Source: Natronospiraceae bacterium (GTDB lineage Bacteria; Pseudomonadota; Gammaproteobacteria; Natronospirales; Natronospiraceae). From it: DNA of 59,873 nt. The stretch covers positions 1-59,873 of the forward strand of contig SLND01000033.1 in assembly GCA_007133205.1 (NCBI GenBank), in the 5' to 3' direction. This document shows, piece after piece, positions 57,966-59,873 of this stretch (within the stretch, counting starts at the first letter, position 1; the number at the start of each line of letters is the position of its first letter). The position numbers and the translations under genes are program-made. The notes beneath the pieces were generated by a model that had not been told where the DNA came from, did not search any database, and saw only the letters and a program-made list of their open reading frames with translations.

Positions 57966-59309
57966 ATGACCAAGAACATCTTTGTATTCGGCCTGGATGA
58001 TTTCAATCTCAAGGAACTGCAGTCGGTACACAACGCAGACGAGTACGAATTTCATGGCCTGGTCGACTACGAGATCATGGTCAATCCCAAGTCCTACGAC
58101 ATTGATGCCATCCTTGCGGATGCCCGCAAGACGCTGAAGGCGGCGCCCTCGGTAGACGGCATCATCGGGCACTGGGATTTCCCCACCACCTCCCTGCTGC
58201 CGATCCTGCGCCGGGAATGGAACCTGCCGAGTTCCTCGCTGGAATCGGCACTCTATTGCGAGAACAAGTACTGGACCCGGGTGGCCAACGAGGAAGCCAT
58301 CCCCGAGTCCTGCCCGCCCTACCAGGCGCTTGATCCCTTCAGCAAGGATCCCCTGAAGGACCTCGAACTGGACTTTCCCTTCTGGCTCAAGCCCACGGTG
58401 TCCTTCTCGTCCTACCTGGGGTTCCGGATTGCGACCGAGGATCAATTCGTGGAGGCCATGCAGACCATTCGGGACAATATCCGGGTCTTCTCCGACCCCT
58501 TCGACCGGGTTATGGATTTCGTCGAGGACCGGGATGCACTGCCAAAGGATGGCGCCGGACCCACCGCACTTGCCGAAGGCCTGGTCGGCGGTCGCCTGGT
58601 CACCCTGGAGGGATATGTGCAGAACGGGGAAGTCGTGGTCTACGGCATCCTCGACTCACTGCGAGCGGCGAACAATGTCAGCTTCATCAGCTACCAGTAT
58701 CCCTCCATGCTGCCCGAGGGCGTCCAGAACCGGATGCGGACCAAGGCGGAAAAGATCCTCAAGCACATCAAGCTGGATGAAACACCTTTCAACATGGAGT
58801 TCTTCTGGGACGAGGAGACCGACCGTATCTGGCTACTTGAAATCAATCCACGGATTTCAAAGTCCCATTGCGCCATCTTCCAGATCGCGACCGGTGCCTC
58901 GCATCACGAGGTCGCGATCAATCTCGCCCTCGGGCGCAAACCCGACTTCCCGCGTCCGGAAGGCCGCTTTCCCATGGCCGCCAAGTTCATGCCACGGGTA
59001 TTCGGTGATGCCCAGGTTCTCAAGGCTCCCACCGAGGAACAGATCGAGGCCATTCGCAAGCAGTACCCGGAGCTGCTGGTCAACGTGGGTGTCAAGGAAG
59101 GCCAGTACCTGTCGGAACTTCGTGGTCAGGACAGCTACAGCTTCGAGATCGCTGATCTGTTCCTCGGGGGCGAGGATGAAATGGAACTGCACGCCAAGTT
59201 TCACGAAATCATGACCATGCTCGACTTCCAATTCTCGGAAGTCCTGCCCACCAACTGGGACGTGGAAACCCCGGTACAGACGGGCGAACCACCCTCCATT
59301 CGGATGTAA
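57966..59309 (+). CDS. ATP-grasp domain protein of unknown substrate
   Basis: ATG at 57966. KYWTR, FPFWLKP and LLEINPR are ATP-grasp-type motifs. Confidence 0.75.
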   Translation: MTKNIFVFGLDDFNLKELQSVHNADEYEFHGLVDYEIMVNPKSYDIDAILADARKTLKAAPSVDGIIGHWDFPTTSLLPILRREWNLPSSSLESALYCENKYWTRVANEEAIPESCPPYQALDPFSKDPLKDLELDFPFWLKPTVSFSSYLGFRIATEDQFVEAMQTIRDNIRVFSDPFDRVMDFVEDRDALPKDGAGPTALAEGLVGGRLVTLEGYVQNGEVVVYGILDSLRAANNVSFISYQYPSMLPEGVQNRMRTKAEKILKHIKLDETPFNMEFFWDEETDRIWLLEINPRISKSHCAIFQIATGASHHEVAINLALGRKPDFPRPEGRFPMAAKFMPRVFGDAQVLKAPTEEQIEAIRKQYPELLVNVGVKEGQYLSELRGQDSYSFEIADLFLGGEDEMELHAKFHEIMTMLDFQFSEVLPTNWDVETPVQTGEPPSIRM

Positions 59310-59325
59310 GCCTGCCGGATTGCCT

Positions 59326-59365
59326 CCCCGAATCCTGGGCGCGGGCCTGCGCTCAGGATTCGGGG
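59326..59365. terminator. 12-bp perfect hairpin between convergent genes (possible bidirectional terminator)
   Basis: CCCCGAATCCTG (59326-59337) / CAGGATTCGGGG (59354-59365) with a 16-nt loop. Overlaps the GNAT stop codon. No U-tract. Confidence 0.3.
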
Positions 59366-59859
59366 GCCGTTTCCCGCACCATGCAGAGCATGGGCGGCTC
59401 CGCCGGCCTTCCACTTTCAGGGTCGCAGTAACGCCCCCGGTCCGCGAAGCCCAGGTGTTCGTAGAGCCGGCGGGCACGGCGATTGTCCGGTGCCACCGTA
59501 AGCCAGAGCCGCTCGAAGCCCAGCACTTCAAAGCAGTAACGAATCGCGAGCCTGACCGCGGCACGACCAAAGCCCCGGCCCTTGCGCGCGATGGCCACCC
59601 GCCGAAGCAGCAGGCTGCCTTGCGGATTGCGGGCATCCTCGAGAATCAGATAGCCCACCGGCTCATGCTCGCGCGCCGTTTCCAGGATCAGGTGCACGAA
59701 ATCCGGATCCTCCAGGGCGGACTGGTGCTCGGCCTCGGACCACTGATCCACATATCGGGCATTGGCCGGATCGGATTCCACCCGCCGCACGAAGGCCACA
59801 TCCTCCGCGGTGGTGGGACGCATGATCAGGGGTCCCGAACGCAGGGGGCTGTGATCCAT
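59353..59859 (-). CDS. GNAT-family N-acetyltransferase
   Basis: 168 aa. RRVAIARKGRGFGRAAV acetyl-CoA binding (R/Q-x-x-G-x-G/A) motif. Confidence 0.85.
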   Translation of the reverse strand: MDHSPLRSGPLIMRPTTAEDVAFVRRVESDPANARYVDQWSEAEHQSALEDPDFVHLILETAREHEPVGYLILEDARNPQGSLLLRRVAIARKGRGFGRAAVRLAIRYCFEVLGFERLWLTVAPDNRRARRLYEHLGFADRGRYCDPESGRPAEPPMLCMVRETAPES

Positions 59860-59873
59860 GTTGGAGCGAGTGG

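Overview
This is a GC-rich (roughly mid-60s % by eye, not computed), gene-dense chromosomal segment that looks gammaproteobacterial. The evidence is the synteny nadD-rsfS-rlmH joined to maf-rng-yhdP-nit-tldD. Many predicted proteins are strongly acidic, which suggests a halophilic or marine lineage (inference). I call about 47 protein genes. They are mostly housekeeping or envelope functions: tldD, rng, maf, rlmH, rsfS, nadD, truC, aceK and purT; an MdtABC-like adaptor plus two tandem RND pumps; and many exported peptidases or hydrolases (amidohydrolase, M19, P1/DmpA, S9, M48, rhomboid, CPBP). There is also a dgcN/dgcA-type D-glutamate module and a signalling neighbourhood comprising a CHASE2 class III cyclase operon, a cNMP-binding EAL phosphodiesterase, an MHYT membrane protein and a single-domain globin. 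I found no rRNA, tRNA, CRISPR array, integrase, transposase or recognisable phage or defence cassette. I cannot point to a clear-cut new system. The best candidates for a second look are: (1) a five-gene envelope operon headed by a CHASE2 cyclase, next to a cNMP-gated EAL enzyme; (2) an interspersed family of heptad-array palindromic repeats filling three convergent intergenic regions; (3) a 356-bp element with perfect 25-bp terminal inverted repeats in the divergent promoter region of the RND operon; (4) an overlapping FAD-oxidoreductase/MnmM-like methyltransferase pair that may be a split MnmC; (5) a predicted exported alanine-racemase-family gene translationally coupled to purT. Many long ORFs in the supplied track are antisense or shadow frames of real genes, as expected in GC-rich DNA, and were discarded.
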